A DNA stretch of 64,000 nt from the sequence record SRR20825006_1225; one strand, given 5' to 3'. A program made the position numbers and the translations under genes. Below are positions 8,810-19,522 of the stretch, piece after piece. The notes below the pieces were generated by a model. That model saw only the letters and a list, made by a program, of their open reading frames with translations, did not search any database and was not told the DNA's origin. Position 1 is the stretch's first letter, and each line of letters begins with the position of its first letter.

Positions 8810-10683
8810 AAGTGTTACAAAGATATATCCTTATTATTATATGTACTATTGCTTTCCAAAATGTTGTTTGGGCTCAAATTGGTAATGAGTTTCAATTAGC
8901 AGATAGGTTAATGAAACAGCAGCGCTATGAGTCTGCGTTGGATATTCTTACCGAACTTGTGGCAAAAACTCCCAATGAGTACTACTATTTCGATCGCCTT
9001 ATCGAGTGCTATGTTCAGCTAAAAAGATATGATGATGGACTTGGTGAAATAAAACAACGCCTCTCAAATACAGATGGCGATTCCCAAGTTAAAATTCTAG
9101 AAGCCAAACTTTATCACTTCAAAGGCGATACCACAAAAGCATATCAGCTTTGGAACGAGAACCTCAAATCCCATCCAAAGCAGTATCAACTTTATATGAA
9201 TACAGCCCGCTCATTATCTAGCGTAAGGGCGTATACAAAAGCGGTGGACGTCTATAAAGATGCCAGAGTAGTTTTCAATAATAAACAGTTATTTTTAAGT
9301 GAGATTGCAGAATCACAAATGTTAGCTGGCAACTACGAAGGAGCTATTTTAGAATGGCTGAATCTACTCAAAGTTCGTCCCGAGCAACGAGCAAACATTC
9401 AGCGCCTTTTACTTAGATATAACGATCCTCTTGTATACGACATTACCATGCTAGAGATAGAAGATGAAATGAACAACCTGTCTATTTCAGATCCGATTTA
9501 TAAAGAATTTTATGAGTTCCAAACTTGGCTTTTACAAGAAAATAAGCTCTACCGAAGAGCTTTGGCCACCTCAATTGCATACGAAAGCGCGACTTCTAAC
9601 TTCACCTACTCCGTATTTAATTTAGGGAAACAGCTTCTAGAAAATAAAGAGTTTGAACTTTCTAGCACTGCTTATTCCTATTACATCGAGCATGCAAATG
9701 GTGAGATAAAGTGGCGTAGCATGGAAGAACTTGCTGGAGTTTACGCTCAATGGGCCAAACAACTTCAGGATTTCAATCTCAACTCTGATCAAAATAAAGA
9801 CTCTTTATTCTCCATGTCTTTTAATTTACTTACCCAAATTCGTGATGAAGCACCTAGCTATTCTAGAATTGGAGACGTAATCCTAAAACAAGCTGAAATT
9901 GCATTAGATCATACCTATAACCATGAGTTAGCTGAACGTGCGAAAACCTCACTTTCTAAGTCCCAAAAGTATCAGGAATCTGCAGAACTCTACTATTTGG
10001 AAGGACGTATTCAACTTATTAAAAATGAGTTTACACAAGCTCGAATTGCGTTCACAAAAAGTAATAAAAAAGCTAATATTGGCCCCCTTGCCGAAAAAAC
10101 TCGTTATTTTTTAGCACTCACCGACTTCTTCTCTGGCGACTATGAATTCGCAAATATTCAACTGAAATCTCTAGGCCGACAGAATACTTCTTATTATGCC
10201 AACGACGCATTAGAACTGCGGTTATGGATTCAGAAAGGAACACAGGCCGACACTACTGGGGAATTAATCAAGCCCTTTGCCGATGCCATTTACTATCAAC
10301 AAAAAGGCGATAGAGAGCAGTCAACTCAAATTTTCGAAGCCATTGTTAATAACATTGAAAACTCTCCATTTAAAGAAGATGCATTCATAAACCTTGCTCG
10401 CTACCAAGAATATGACTTTTCCACTCTTGCTCATTCCATAAACACATTTTTGGAAGCCACCCCTAGTGCATCTCAGCGCGAACGCTTGATGTGGGAAAGA
10501 GCGGCCGCAGCAGACCAAGCCCTAAATATTGAGCCCTCGAATAGTTCAAACCTTTCAAATAGTTTAACTACTGAAACTGTGATCAAATATTACGAAGAGA
10601 TTCTCTTAGATTATCCTCTAAGCTTTTACGCTCCACACATTAGAAATCGATTATCAGATCTCTCTAAACCCAGTTCATCATGA
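8806..10683 (+). CDS. Exported tetratricopeptide-repeat protein
   Basis: Signal peptide ending 'VWA-Q'; repeated helical TPR-like units; 4-bp overlaps with both neighbours. Confidence 0.8.
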   Translation: MKVLQRYILIIICTIAFQNVVWAQIGNEFQLADRLMKQQRYESALDILTELVAKTPNEYYYFDRLIECYVQLKRYDDGLGEIKQRLSNTDGDSQVKILEAKLYHFKGDTTKAYQLWNENLKSHPKQYQLYMNTARSLSSVRAYTKAVDVYKDARVVFNNKQLFLSEIAESQMLAGNYEGAILEWLNLLKVRPEQRANIQRLLLRYNDPLVYDITMLEIEDEMNNLSISDPIYKEFYEFQTWLLQENKLYRRALATSIAYESATSNFTYSVFNLGKQLLENKEFELSSTAYSYYIEHANGEIKWRSMEELAGVYAQWAKQLQDFNLNSDQNKDSLFSMSFNLLTQIRDEAPSYSRIGDVILKQAEIALDHTYNHELAERAKTSLSKSQKYQESAELYYLEGRIQLIKNEFTQARIAFTKSNKKANIGPLAEKTRYFLALTDFFSGDYEFANIQLKSLGRQNTSYYANDALELRLWIQKGTQADTTGELIKPFADAIYYQQKGDREQSTQIFEAIVNNIENSPFKEDAFINLARYQEYDFSTLAHSINTFLEATPSASQRERLMWERAAAADQALNIEPSNSSNLSNSLTTETVIKYYEEILLDYPLSFYAPHIRNRLSDLSKPSSS

Positions 10684-11951
10684 ATTTCCTAAAACCCTTT
10701 TTTGTATTTCTATTCCTATTTTGTTTTACAAGACTTAGTTTTGGGCAGCAACAAGTGCTCATCTCTATGGATGGCTCCCAAACCGATCATTTAAAAGCAT
10801 ATGGTGTTATTTTCAACCATATTAGCGATGGTTTTCCAGCAAAATGGTTACTCAATTATAAAGGCGGAAGCTTCTTAACAAATGCCGAAAATGACATCGT
10901 TAGAAAAAGTAGACTTCGGAATGTATCTGTTAGAACGATTGATGTTTCTGAAGCGGCTGCTATAATTCGGGAAGTCGAACAAGCAGGCGTAAACATGTCT
11001 GTGGTAAATCTAGAAAAAGCACCGCGGATTGCCGTTTATACTCCAGATCAAGCACTCCCTTGGGATGACGCAGTAACTCTTGCACTAACTTATGCTGAGG
11101 TAGAATATGACAAAATTTGGGATGTTGAAGTGCTTGCGGGAAAATTACAAGAATATGATTGGTTACATTTACATCACGAAGATTTCACAGGGCAGTATGG
11201 AAAATTCTGGTCTAACTATCAGACAATGCCTTGGTATATTACTCAAGTACGGCAAATGCAAGCTATGGCTCAAGAGTTAGGATTTAGCAAAGTGAGCGAA
11301 CAAAAAAAGGCCGTAGCCCGAACTATTAAAGAATACGTTACTGAAGGAGGATTCTTATTTGCCATGTGTTCAGGAACCGATACCTTCGACATCGCTTTAG
11401 CTGCTGAAGGTATTGATATTGCACCTTCTCAATTTGATGGCGACGCGGTAGATCCAAACGCACAAGAACAACTCGATTTTACAAAAACCTTCGCGTTCGA
11501 AAATTTCAATATCATTACTGATCCATATCAATATGAGCACGCCGATATTGATGTACCTGTACAAATTCAGGAAATCGATCAATCACTCGACTTCTTTACA
11601 TTATTCGATTTCTCTGCAAAATGGGATCCAGTTCCAACTATGCTTACACAGAATCACGTTAGTTCTATAAAAGGCTTCTACGGACAAACAACTGCATTTA
11701 GAAAAGAAAAAGTTAAATCTTCCATTGTAATTCTTGCGGAAGCACCAGGCAGAGACCAGGTTAAATATTTACACGGCAACTATGGTAAAGGGACATTCAC
11801 ATTCTATGCCGGTCACGACCCCGAAGATTATACTCATCGCGTAAACGATCCACCCACCGACTTAAGTTTACATCCAAATAGCCCTGCATACAGGCTTATA
11901 TTGAATAATATTTTATTTCCAGCAGCAAAAAAGAAAAAAAGAAAAACTTAA
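10680..11951 (+). CDS. Exported class I glutamine-amidotransferase-like protein (FCB family often labelled 'asparagine synthetase B')
   Basis: Signal peptide; 'HLKAYG', 'WDDAVTLALTYAE', 'DWLHLHHEDFTGQYGKF', 'GGFLFAMCSG', 'GHDPEDY'. Confidence 0.7.
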   Translation: MNFLKPFFVFLFLFCFTRLSFGQQQVLISMDGSQTDHLKAYGVIFNHISDGFPAKWLLNYKGGSFLTNAENDIVRKSRLRNVSVRTIDVSEAAAIIREVEQAGVNMSVVNLEKAPRIAVYTPDQALPWDDAVTLALTYAEVEYDKIWDVEVLAGKLQEYDWLHLHHEDFTGQYGKFWSNYQTMPWYITQVRQMQAMAQELGFSKVSEQKKAVARTIKEYVTEGGFLFAMCSGTDTFDIALAAEGIDIAPSQFDGDAVDPNAQEQLDFTKTFAFENFNIITDPYQYEHADIDVPVQIQEIDQSLDFFTLFDFSAKWDPVPTMLTQNHVSSIKGFYGQTTAFRKEKVKSSIVILAEAPGRDQVKYLHGNYGKGTFTFYAGHDPEDYTHRVNDPPTDLSLHPNSPAYRLILNNILFPAAKKKKRKT

Positions 11952-11984
11952 AGAGCACTCACAAGTAAACAGTTCCTATAGTCT

Positions 11985-12749
11985 ATGAAACCCAGTAAAA
12001 ATTTTGAAGATCTTGTAGAGCTCATTTCCATCTTGAGAAAAGAATGCCCTTGGGATAAGAAACAAACTCACTACTCCATAAAAGACAATTTGATAGAAGA
12101 AGCTTATGAAGCTTTAGAAGCACTGGATAATGAAGATTTTGGTGAGTTTAAAAAAGAACTAGGCGACCTCCTACTTCATGTAGTCTTTCATAGTAAGATT
12201 GCTAGCGAAACAAAAACTTTTGATATAGGTGATGTTGTCTACTCTCTTATGGAAAAGCTCATACGTAGACATCCACATGTTTTTGGGGAAACTGTGGTTG
12301 CCAATGAAGGCGAAGTAGCTGAAAATTGGGAGGAGATAAAATTAAAGGAAGGAAAAGAATCTACGCTTGATGGATTGCCTATTCATCTCCCTGCCCTTAT
12401 TAGGGCACAGAGAATGCAAGAAAAAGCGGCTAACGTTGGGTTTGATTGGCCCGAATGGCATCAAGCATGGGATAAGTTACAAGAAGAGATTGAGGAATTT
12501 AAAGAGGCTTTAGAAAAGAAAGATAAAAAAGCCTCCGCAGATGAGTTCGGAGACGTGCTTTTCTCGATGGTTAATGTAGCCCGCTATTTTGATTTAGTAG
12601 CTGAAGACAGCTTACGGCAAACGAACTCGAAGTTTGAAACTCGGTTCAAATACATCGAGAAAAAACTTAAAGAAAATGGTAAATCAGTAAAAAACGCTAC
12701 CCTAGAAGAAATGGATGAATTATGGAATCAAGCCAAGTTGATATCCTGA
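11985..12749 (+). CDS. mazG: Nucleoside triphosphate pyrophosphohydrolase MazG
   Basis: 'CPWDKKQT', 'EEAYE', 'ELGDLLLHVVFH', 'KLIRRHPHVF', plus a second MazG domain. Confidence 0.95.
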   Translation: MKPSKNFEDLVELISILRKECPWDKKQTHYSIKDNLIEEAYEALEALDNEDFGEFKKELGDLLLHVVFHSKIASETKTFDIGDVVYSLMEKLIRRHPHVFGETVVANEGEVAENWEEIKLKEGKESTLDGLPIHLPALIRAQRMQEKAANVGFDWPEWHQAWDKLQEEIEEFKEALEKKDKKASADEFGDVLFSMVNVARYFDLVAEDSLRQTNSKFETRFKYIEKKLKENGKSVKNATLEEMDELWNQAKLIS

Positions 12750-12861
12750 TTATTTATACATTTTTTAATCTGAATAAGTAGCAAATTTTGCTTAATTTTT
12801 TAGTCATTTAGTAGTACTTTGTAATTCTTATGCAGTTTGCCTCAAAATTTGATTTCGATTA

Positions 12862-12875
12862 AGCAAACGCTTTCT
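12862..12875. promoter_or_regulatory. LacI-type operator candidate upstream of citrate synthase
   Basis: AGCAAACGCTTTCT, CG-centred imperfect palindrome similar to the sites at 37221 and 53154. Confidence 0.45.
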
Positions 12876-12951
12876 ATAACAACTATGTTATACGCAAAAG
12901 AAGCTGCTAAAAAAGCACTACACAAAAATTAACTTAAAATTTGGAGCAATA

Positions 12952-14121
12952 ATGTCGACTGGTTTACACACTGGCTTTGACGAGCAACAATACCCATTTA
13001 TTAATAAGGGACTCGAGGGTATCGTAGCCTTTTCTACCACAAAAAGTTTTATTGACGGTACTAAAGGTGATCTCATTTATTCTGGATACCATATCGACAC
13101 TCTTGCTGAGAATGCTACTTTTGAAGAGGTTTGCTTCCTTCTTTGGAACGATCGTTTACCAAATAGCAGTGAGTTGGAAGCTCTTAAGAACAACTTAATC
13201 GAAAATAGAGAGCTACCAGAACCTGTTATAAATTATATTTCTAGCACAAACAAAAGTGCTGAGCCAATGGCTGTTCTTCGCACAGCTGTTTCAATGTTAG
13301 CAGATTATGATGCTACTTTTGGCAAATATGACACAGAGCTTTTTAGTAACCAAGCTATTTGTATAACTGCAAAAATTCCTACTATTATTGCAGCCTTTAG
13401 TCGTGCTAGAAGAGATTTAGAGATTATTGCTCCTTTAAAAACTGGAAGTACTGCATTTAACTTTCTGTATATGTTAAATGGTGAAGAACCTGGTGCTCAA
13501 GCAGAAAAAACAATGGATTTGTGCCTCATCATTCATGCTGAGCATGGTATGAATGCATCTACGTTTACAGCTCGCTCTATTACGGCTACTATGTCTGATA
13601 TGTACTCTTCAGTTACAGGTGCAATAGGCGCACTTAAAGGTCCTTTACATGGCGGTGCAAATACTGCGGTAATGAATACCTTACTTGAACTTGGTAAACA
13701 AGGTAAAGATGCAGATGCCGTTGCTTTTACAAAGCAAAAACTTGCCAATAAAGAAAAGATAATGGGCTTTGGCCATCGTGTTTATAAAGTATTTGATCCT
13801 CGTGGTCACCACTTGCAGAAAATGGCAAAATCTCTTGCAGAAGAAACGGGCCATGAAGAACTTTACAAATGGTCTATGGATATGTTGAACACCATGAAAG
13901 AAGAAAAGAATATCGATCCTAATGTAGATTTCTTCTCAGCTACGGTGTATTACTCTATTGGAATTCAACCTGATTTATTTACTTGTATTTTTGCAATGAG
14001 TAGAATTGCAGGATGGACTGGACACGTAATGGAGCAAGCAGCTAACAATAGATTAATTCGTCCAAGAGCACTTTATGTTGGTGAAAAAAATCTACCTTGG
14101 AAGCCTGTAGAGCAAAGATAA
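12952..14121 (+). CDS. gltA: Citrate synthase (short dimeric citrate/2-methylcitrate synthase type)
   Basis: 'KGLEGIVA', 'HAEHGMNAST', 'GPLHGGAN', 'MGFGHRVYK', 'PNVDFFS', 'RLIRP'. Confidence 0.9.
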   Translation: MSTGLHTGFDEQQYPFINKGLEGIVAFSTTKSFIDGTKGDLIYSGYHIDTLAENATFEEVCFLLWNDRLPNSSELEALKNNLIENRELPEPVINYISSTNKSAEPMAVLRTAVSMLADYDATFGKYDTELFSNQAICITAKIPTIIAAFSRARRDLEIIAPLKTGSTAFNFLYMLNGEEPGAQAEKTMDLCLIIHAEHGMNASTFTARSITATMSDMYSSVTGAIGALKGPLHGGANTAVMNTLLELGKQGKDADAVAFTKQKLANKEKIMGFGHRVYKVFDPRGHHLQKMAKSLAEETGHEELYKWSMDMLNTMKEEKNIDPNVDFFSATVYYSIGIQPDLFTCIFAMSRIAGWTGHVMEQAANNRLIRPRALYVGEKNLPWKPVEQR

Positions 14122-14176
14122 TTACTCTACTTTTTTGAATTGAGATTCATTCTTTAAGCTCAACTAGTAATCATTT

Positions 14177-15619
14177 CTAGTTGAGCTTTTTTATTTCTGC
14201 CCAATTATTCATCTCTTTTCTTGAAAATTCCACCAAGAATCTGGTTCCAACATTTTGATTCTGTCCCCAAGAGAACTCACCTTGTAATTGGCTAATAACG
14301 GTTTCAGCTAAAGTCATACCTAAGGATTTTTTCTTACGATGCACAAAATCTTCTGGCAATCCTATTCCATCATCTGAAACACTAAAGAATATTCTATTAT
14401 CTTTTTGTTTCAACTCCAATTCAATTTTTCCAGCTTTCAGACCTACAAACGCAAATTTTAATGCATTCGTAATTAGTTCATTTGCAAGTATTCCAAATGG
14501 AACCGCTTGGTTCATGTTTAGCTGGACTTCATCACCCGATATTTCTATTTCAATGTTCTTATCGTAGCGCTCAAATGTATGTTTGATCTCTGTTATCAGC
14601 TCTTTTACATAACTCTTAATTTCTACACTTGTAAAGAGTTCTGTTTGATATAAGTGCTCATGAATCATCGCAATCGACTTGATTCTAGACTGACTTTGCT
14701 CAAAAGTAGCAATCATATCCTCATCGGTTAAATGAAGAGCTTGGAGCCCGAGAATTCCCGAAATTACAGCCAAATTATTTTTTACTCGATGGTGTATCTC
14801 TTTTAACAGCACTTCTTTTTCTCTTAACGTCTCTTCTAACTGCTGCTGATACTCTTTTATATGTGTAATATCTGTTGCAGCGCCCGAGCTTCCTATAACG
14901 TTTCCTTCATTATCTACTATAGGGTAAGAAGTCGCCGTCATATAAGAGATGGAACCGTTCTTTTTCAGCATTTTCAAATCGTAGTGTTCAACCGTCTCAC
15001 CATTCAAAACTCTTGTTAAAATGCTTTCGATATAGTTTGCTTGGTCTTGCGAAACATACTTTAAAAACATTTCCCCCTTAATCTCATCAGGAGCGTAACC
15101 GAGTATTAATTGGCTTGCTGAATTAACAAAATTGAACTGTCCCTCTTCATCCATTCTCCAAACTAAATCATGGGACGCTTCAACAAACTGCCGATACTTT
15201 TCTTCGCTACTACTTAAAGCTTCTTCTATATGCTTTTTTTCTTTTCTTTGAACAGAGGCTTCGTATTCTCTCTTTACCGCAGGGACTAATCTAGTAAAAT
15301 TGTCTTTCAAGATATAATCTTTGGCACCAGATAATACAGCATCGATTGCTTTTTCATCAGGCACTGTTCCTGACACAAGAATAACAGGAATCTCAGAATG
15401 AAGTTCCTTAATTTTATTTAGAACATCTATCCCTGTAAAACCACCTAGCATAAAGTCACAAATAACTAAGTCAAACTCACCCGAAAGTACTTCTTTTTCG
15501 ACGCTCTCAAACTCGTCAATTACCTTTATCTTTGGTTTTAAGCCACCTTTTATAAGAGCACGAGTTGTTAATTCTACATCATGAGAATTATCCTCAATAA
15601 ATAAAATGCTTAACTCCAT
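14177..15619 (-). CDS. Hybrid sensor kinase REC-PAS-HisKA_2-HATPase
   Basis: N-terminal receiver ('LFIED', 'VICDFML'), PAS ('FNFVNSASQLILGYAPDE'), 'EIHHRVKNNL', 'NELITNALKFAF', 'DDGIG'. Confidence 0.9.
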   Translation of the reverse strand: MELSILFIEDNSHDVELTTRALIKGGLKPKIKVIDEFESVEKEVLSGEFDLVICDFMLGGFTGIDVLNKIKELHSEIPVILVSGTVPDEKAIDAVLSGAKDYILKDNFTRLVPAVKREYEASVQRKEKKHIEEALSSSEEKYRQFVEASHDLVWRMDEEGQFNFVNSASQLILGYAPDEIKGEMFLKYVSQDQANYIESILTRVLNGETVEHYDLKMLKKNGSISYMTATSYPIVDNEGNVIGSSGAATDITHIKEYQQQLEETLREKEVLLKEIHHRVKNNLAVISGILGLQALHLTDEDMIATFEQSQSRIKSIAMIHEHLYQTELFTSVEIKSYVKELITEIKHTFERYDKNIEIEISGDEVQLNMNQAVPFGILANELITNALKFAFVGLKAGKIELELKQKDNRIFFSVSDDGIGLPEDFVHRKKKSLGMTLAETVISQLQGEFSWGQNQNVGTRFLVEFSRKEMNNWAEIKKLN

Positions 15620-15736
15620 ACTCGAACTTTATTAAAAATACTTTTAGCCTTATGAAAGAATATTAACCCCTCTTACAACCTCTCAGATTATCTCATAAAT
15701 TTGAGAACCCCTGTAATATGCAAAGAACCAAATACA

Positions 15737-15772
15737 TATATATTGTTACACGATTATTTGTAACAATATATA
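15737..15772. repeat. Perfect 14-bp inverted repeat with 8-nt spacer
   Basis: TATATATTGTTACA-cgattatt-TGTAACAATATATA between the leuS stop and the sensor-kinase start. Confidence 0.8.
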
Positions 15773-15859
15773 ACACTAAGCTATAACTCACCTTTAATAT
15801 CGCTTAACAATCATTATATTATACTAATATAAATCACCCCAACTATTACAATTACAACA

Positions 15860-18439
15860 TCATTTAACAACTAGATTTATAATTCTACCAGGTACAAATA
15901 TTTCTTTTACTAACGTAGAGTTAGTGAGATATTCGCTAATCCTTGCATCATTTTTTGCGATATCAAGTACGTAATCCTTATCCCTAGCTTTATCGGATGA
16001 AATCTCGATGTTGGCTCGTACTTTCCCATTTATTTGAACAGGATAAATCACTGAGTCAGCTTTCAAGTACTCTTCGTTAAACACTGGCCAGATTGAATAC
16101 GCTAGCTCTTCAGTTTGACCTAGTTTTTTCCATATTTCTTCAGCAATATGTGGAGCGTAAGGCGAAAGTAGTTGTATAAACTTGGTAGCTATATCTTTTG
16201 GCATATTTTCCCAGGAATATGCTTCGTTTACAAAAATCATAAGAGCCGAAATACCTGTATTGAATCTCATTTCTTCAATATCTTCGGACACTTTTTTTAT
16301 CGCTTCGTGTAAAGCTTTAAGTTGTTCTTTCGTTCCTTGAGCATTGTCTACAGTTTCTTTTAGGCTATTCGTATCTTCATCAACAAGAAGTCTCCACGCC
16401 CTATTCAAGAATCTATTAACACCTTCTACACCTTTTGTACTCCAAGGTTTAACTTGTTCAAGAGGTCCCATAAACATTTCATATAACCGCAATGAATCTG
16501 CACCATATTCATCAATTATTATATCAGGATTAATTACGTTACCACGGCTTTTGGACATCTTGTGAGCTCTCGCTTCAATTTTTATATCCGTACCTTTCAG
16601 TACAAAACCTGTCCCCTTTTTCTCAACTTCATCTTCTGAAAGTTTAATAAGTTCAGAATCGGTAGTACCATCATTGGAACTAATCCATTCTCCATCTTTT
16701 TTGAAACCAGTATACTCCATTTCACCAAGAATCATTCCTTGGTTTACAAGCTTCTGAAAAGGTTCTTTGGTTGATACAATTCCGCAATCGAAAAGTACTT
16801 TGTGCCAAAAACGAGCATAAAGCAAATGTAATACGGCATGTTCTGCACCGCCTACGTATAAATCAACGGGCATCCAATATTTCTCGTAATCTGGATCAAC
16901 AGGGCCACCATCGTAACCTGGTGAAATGTATCGTAAATAGTACCAACAAGAGCCTGCCCATTGTGGCATGGTATTAGTTTCTCGTTTTGCTGGTTTTCCT
17001 GTATCTGGATCTGTAGTATTTACCCATTCAGTAGCATTTGCTAACGGAGGCTCGCCATCGCCAGTTGGTTGATATTTCTCAACTTCTGGAAGTAGTAATG
17101 GCAATTCGGACTCTTTTACTGCTTTTGCTTCGCCATCAACATGAATGATTGGGAATGGCTCACCCCAATAGCGTTGACGAGAAAAAAGCCAATCACGCAA
17201 TTTGAAATTAATAGCCTTCTCTCCCGCACCTCGCTCCTCTAACCAAGGAATAATCTTGTCTTTTCCTTCTTCAATAGATAATCCGTTTAGGAAGTCACTA
17301 TTTATAGCTATACCATTTCCAGTATAAGCTTTTCCATCAAAGCCTTCTTCAGGCTGAACGGTTCTAATAATTGGTAATTCATACTTCTCCGCAAATTCCC
17401 AATCTCGTTCATCTTGTCCAGGAACAGCCATAATTGCACCCGTTCCATAACTAGCTAATACGTAGTCTGCTACCCAAATTGGCACTTCTTTACCATTGGC
17501 TGGGTTTATTGCATAAGCTCCAGTAAACACACCCGTTTTTTCTTTCGAGAGTTCTTGCCTATCAAGGTCAGACTTCAACGAGGCTTGGTGCTTGTATTCT
17601 TCTACACGTTCCTTTTGTTCATCTGTAGTTATAATATTTACTAATTGGTGCTCAGGTGCTAGTACCATGTAAGTAGCGCCAAATATGGTATCTGGGCGAG
17701 TTGTAAACACTCGAATCTTATGTTCAGTCTTTCCAATCTGGAAGTCTATTTCTGCCCCAACAGATTTACCAATCCAATTGCGCTGCATATCTTTTAAAGA
17801 CTCTGGCCAATCTAAGTCTTCCAAATCTTCTAGTAAACGTTCTGCGTACGCCGTAATTTTCAAGACCCATTGGCGCATTGGTTTCCGTATAACAGGAAAT
17901 CCACCCACTTCACTTTTACCATCAATAACTTCTTCGTTTGCTAAAACAGTTCCCAATTCTGGGCACCAGTTAACAGCAACTTCGTCTTCGTAAGCTAAAC
18001 CTCGCTCAAAAAGCTTTAGGAATATCCACTGCGTCCATTTAAAATAATCAGGATCGGTAGTATTTACTTCTCTATCCCAATCGTAGCTAAAGCCAATTGC
18101 TTGTAACTGTTCTCTAAATCTAGCAACATTTATTTCTGTTGTTGATCGTGGATGAGTTCCAGTTTTTACTGCGTATTGTTCTGCGGGGAGCCCAAAAGCG
18201 TCCCAACCCATAGGGTGTAAAACGTTAAACCCTTTCATTCTTTTGTACCGCGCAATAATGTCGGTAGCTGTATAACCTTCTGGATGTCCAACGTGCAACC
18301 CTGACCCACTTGGGTATGGAAACATGTCTAGCACATAAAATTTGGGCTTTGAAGTATCAGTTGGCGTTATAAAAGTCTTATTTTCTAGCCAATACTTTTG
18401 CCACTTAGTTTCTATTTCTTTTGGGTTATAAGAATGCAT
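15860..18439 (-). CDS. leuS: Leucine--tRNA ligase
   Basis: '[14 protein letters not shown]' HIGH-type motif, KMSKS, editing-domain 'FTTRPDT' and 'GTGAIMAVP'. Confidence 0.98.
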   Translation of the reverse strand: MHSYNPKEIETKWQKYWLENKTFITPTDTSKPKFYVLDMFPYPSGSGLHVGHPEGYTATDIIARYKRMKGFNVLHPMGWDAFGLPAEQYAVKTGTHPRSTTEINVARFREQLQAIGFSYDWDREVNTTDPDYFKWTQWIFLKLFERGLAYEDEVAVNWCPELGTVLANEEVIDGKSEVGGFPVIRKPMRQWVLKITAYAERLLEDLEDLDWPESLKDMQRNWIGKSVGAEIDFQIGKTEHKIRVFTTRPDTIFGATYMVLAPEHQLVNIITTDEQKERVEEYKHQASLKSDLDRQELSKEKTGVFTGAYAINPANGKEVPIWVADYVLASYGTGAIMAVPGQDERDWEFAEKYELPIIRTVQPEEGFDGKAYTGNGIAINSDFLNGLSIEEGKDKIIPWLEERGAGEKAINFKLRDWLFSRQRYWGEPFPIIHVDGEAKAVKESELPLLLPEVEKYQPTGDGEPPLANATEWVNTTDPDTGKPAKRETNTMPQWAGSCWYYLRYISPGYDGGPVDPDYEKYWMPVDLYVGGAEHAVLHLLYARFWHKVLFDCGIVSTKEPFQKLVNQGMILGEMEYTGFKKDGEWISSNDGTTDSELIKLSEDEVEKKGTGFVLKGTDIKIEARAHKMSKSRGNVINPDIIIDEYGADSLRLYEMFMGPLEQVKPWSTKGVEGVNRFLNRAWRLLVDEDTNSLKETVDNAQGTKEQLKALHEAIKKVSEDIEEMRFNTGISALMIFVNEAYSWENMPKDIATKFIQLLSPYAPHIAEEIWKKLGQTEELAYSIWPVFNEEYLKADSVIYPVQINGKVRANIEISSDKARDKDYVLDIAKNDARISEYLTNSTLVKEIFVPGRIINLVVK

Positions 18440-18516
18440 ATTTAACTTGATTTTACTTTATTTCTGGCTATCATCCCTTTAGTTATTAAAAAGAATTGCC
18501 CACTATATAAACGAAG

Positions 18517-19518
18517 ATGAATTTACGGTTACTAACGCTTTCATGCTTACTCATCTTTTCAGTTTTTTTGGTACCCAAAAATGGGTTTTCTCAGGATGCG
18601 AATGCCGAGTTTGGATACTTCAAGCTGATTACAAATGTATCAAATAACTTTGTTATTGTAGATAATAAGTCGGACCAAGTGTTTGAATTATCCAAAATAG
18701 ACAGTATCAAGTTAGAACCAGGTAAACATCATTTTTTTATAATTGTGAAAGATGCTCCTGATTTTGAAACTGAATTAACAATAGAGCCAGGCTCTACAAA
18801 AAAATATTATCGGAACATTGTCTCCTTTTCTAAATCCAGTAAGAGCTCTTACGATCGATTTAAAGCAGGCTATAATTTTACTTTTATTACAGATCCAAAC
18901 TCTATCATCTATATAAATGATGAAAAAGTAGGCATGGGTGATTATTCAGGTTTTCTTTTAAATGGTGAAAATAGTGTTAAGGCCGTTCACCCAGAGTTTG
19001 GGGAACTAAAAAAGAGTGTTACCATAACATCTTATGAAAACTCCTTTTTACAGAGATATAATACTAAGCCCAAATTACTTTCTTCAGGATTAAAATGGCT
19101 ACCCAGTGTAGCTTATTTTGCAAAGGGCGAGAAAACTAAGGGCGCAATTACTTTAGCTGGATTAGGTGCAACATTTAGTGGCATTATATTACAACGGAAT
19201 AATTTTAATGATAATAAACTAAAGTTTGATGAAGCCACTCGTAACTATAATAATTCTACCGACGTTTTTGATGTAAAAAAATATCGAGAAGAAGTGGTTA
19301 AATATCAGGATGCGATGGATTCAAACAATAAAAACATAACCTTGTTTGCGATAGCAGGTGCTTTGGTTTATGGAGCCTCAACCCTTGATGGCATCAGAAA
19401 ACCGCGACAAGGGTATAATGTATCTGACACAATTAATATAAAGCCGACTTTTGCTCAACTACCAACTAACGGCACAAATCATTATGGGTTTGGTTTTAAA
19501 ATGTCATTAACGCGCTAG
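18517..19518 (+). CDS. Exported PEGA-like + DUF5683-like membrane-hairpin protein (family A, copy 1)
   Basis: Signal peptide; two beta-rich repeats; 'LP.VAYF.KGEKTKG' then hydrophobic helix, coiled coil, hydrophobic helix; terminal amphipathic strand 'YGFGFKMSL'. Confidence 0.6.
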   Translation: MNLRLLTLSCLLIFSVFLVPKNGFSQDANAEFGYFKLITNVSNNFVIVDNKSDQVFELSKIDSIKLEPGKHHFFIIVKDAPDFETELTIEPGSTKKYYRNIVSFSKSSKSSYDRFKAGYNFTFITDPNSIIYINDEKVGMGDYSGFLLNGENSVKAVHPEFGELKKSVTITSYENSFLQRYNTKPKLLSSGLKWLPSVAYFAKGEKTKGAITLAGLGATFSGIILQRNNFNDNKLKFDEATRNYNNSTDVFDVKKYREEVVKYQDAMDSNNKNITLFAIAGALVYGASTLDGIRKPRQGYNVSDTINIKPTFAQLPTNGTNHYGFGFKMSLTR

Positions 19519-19522
19519 AGAT

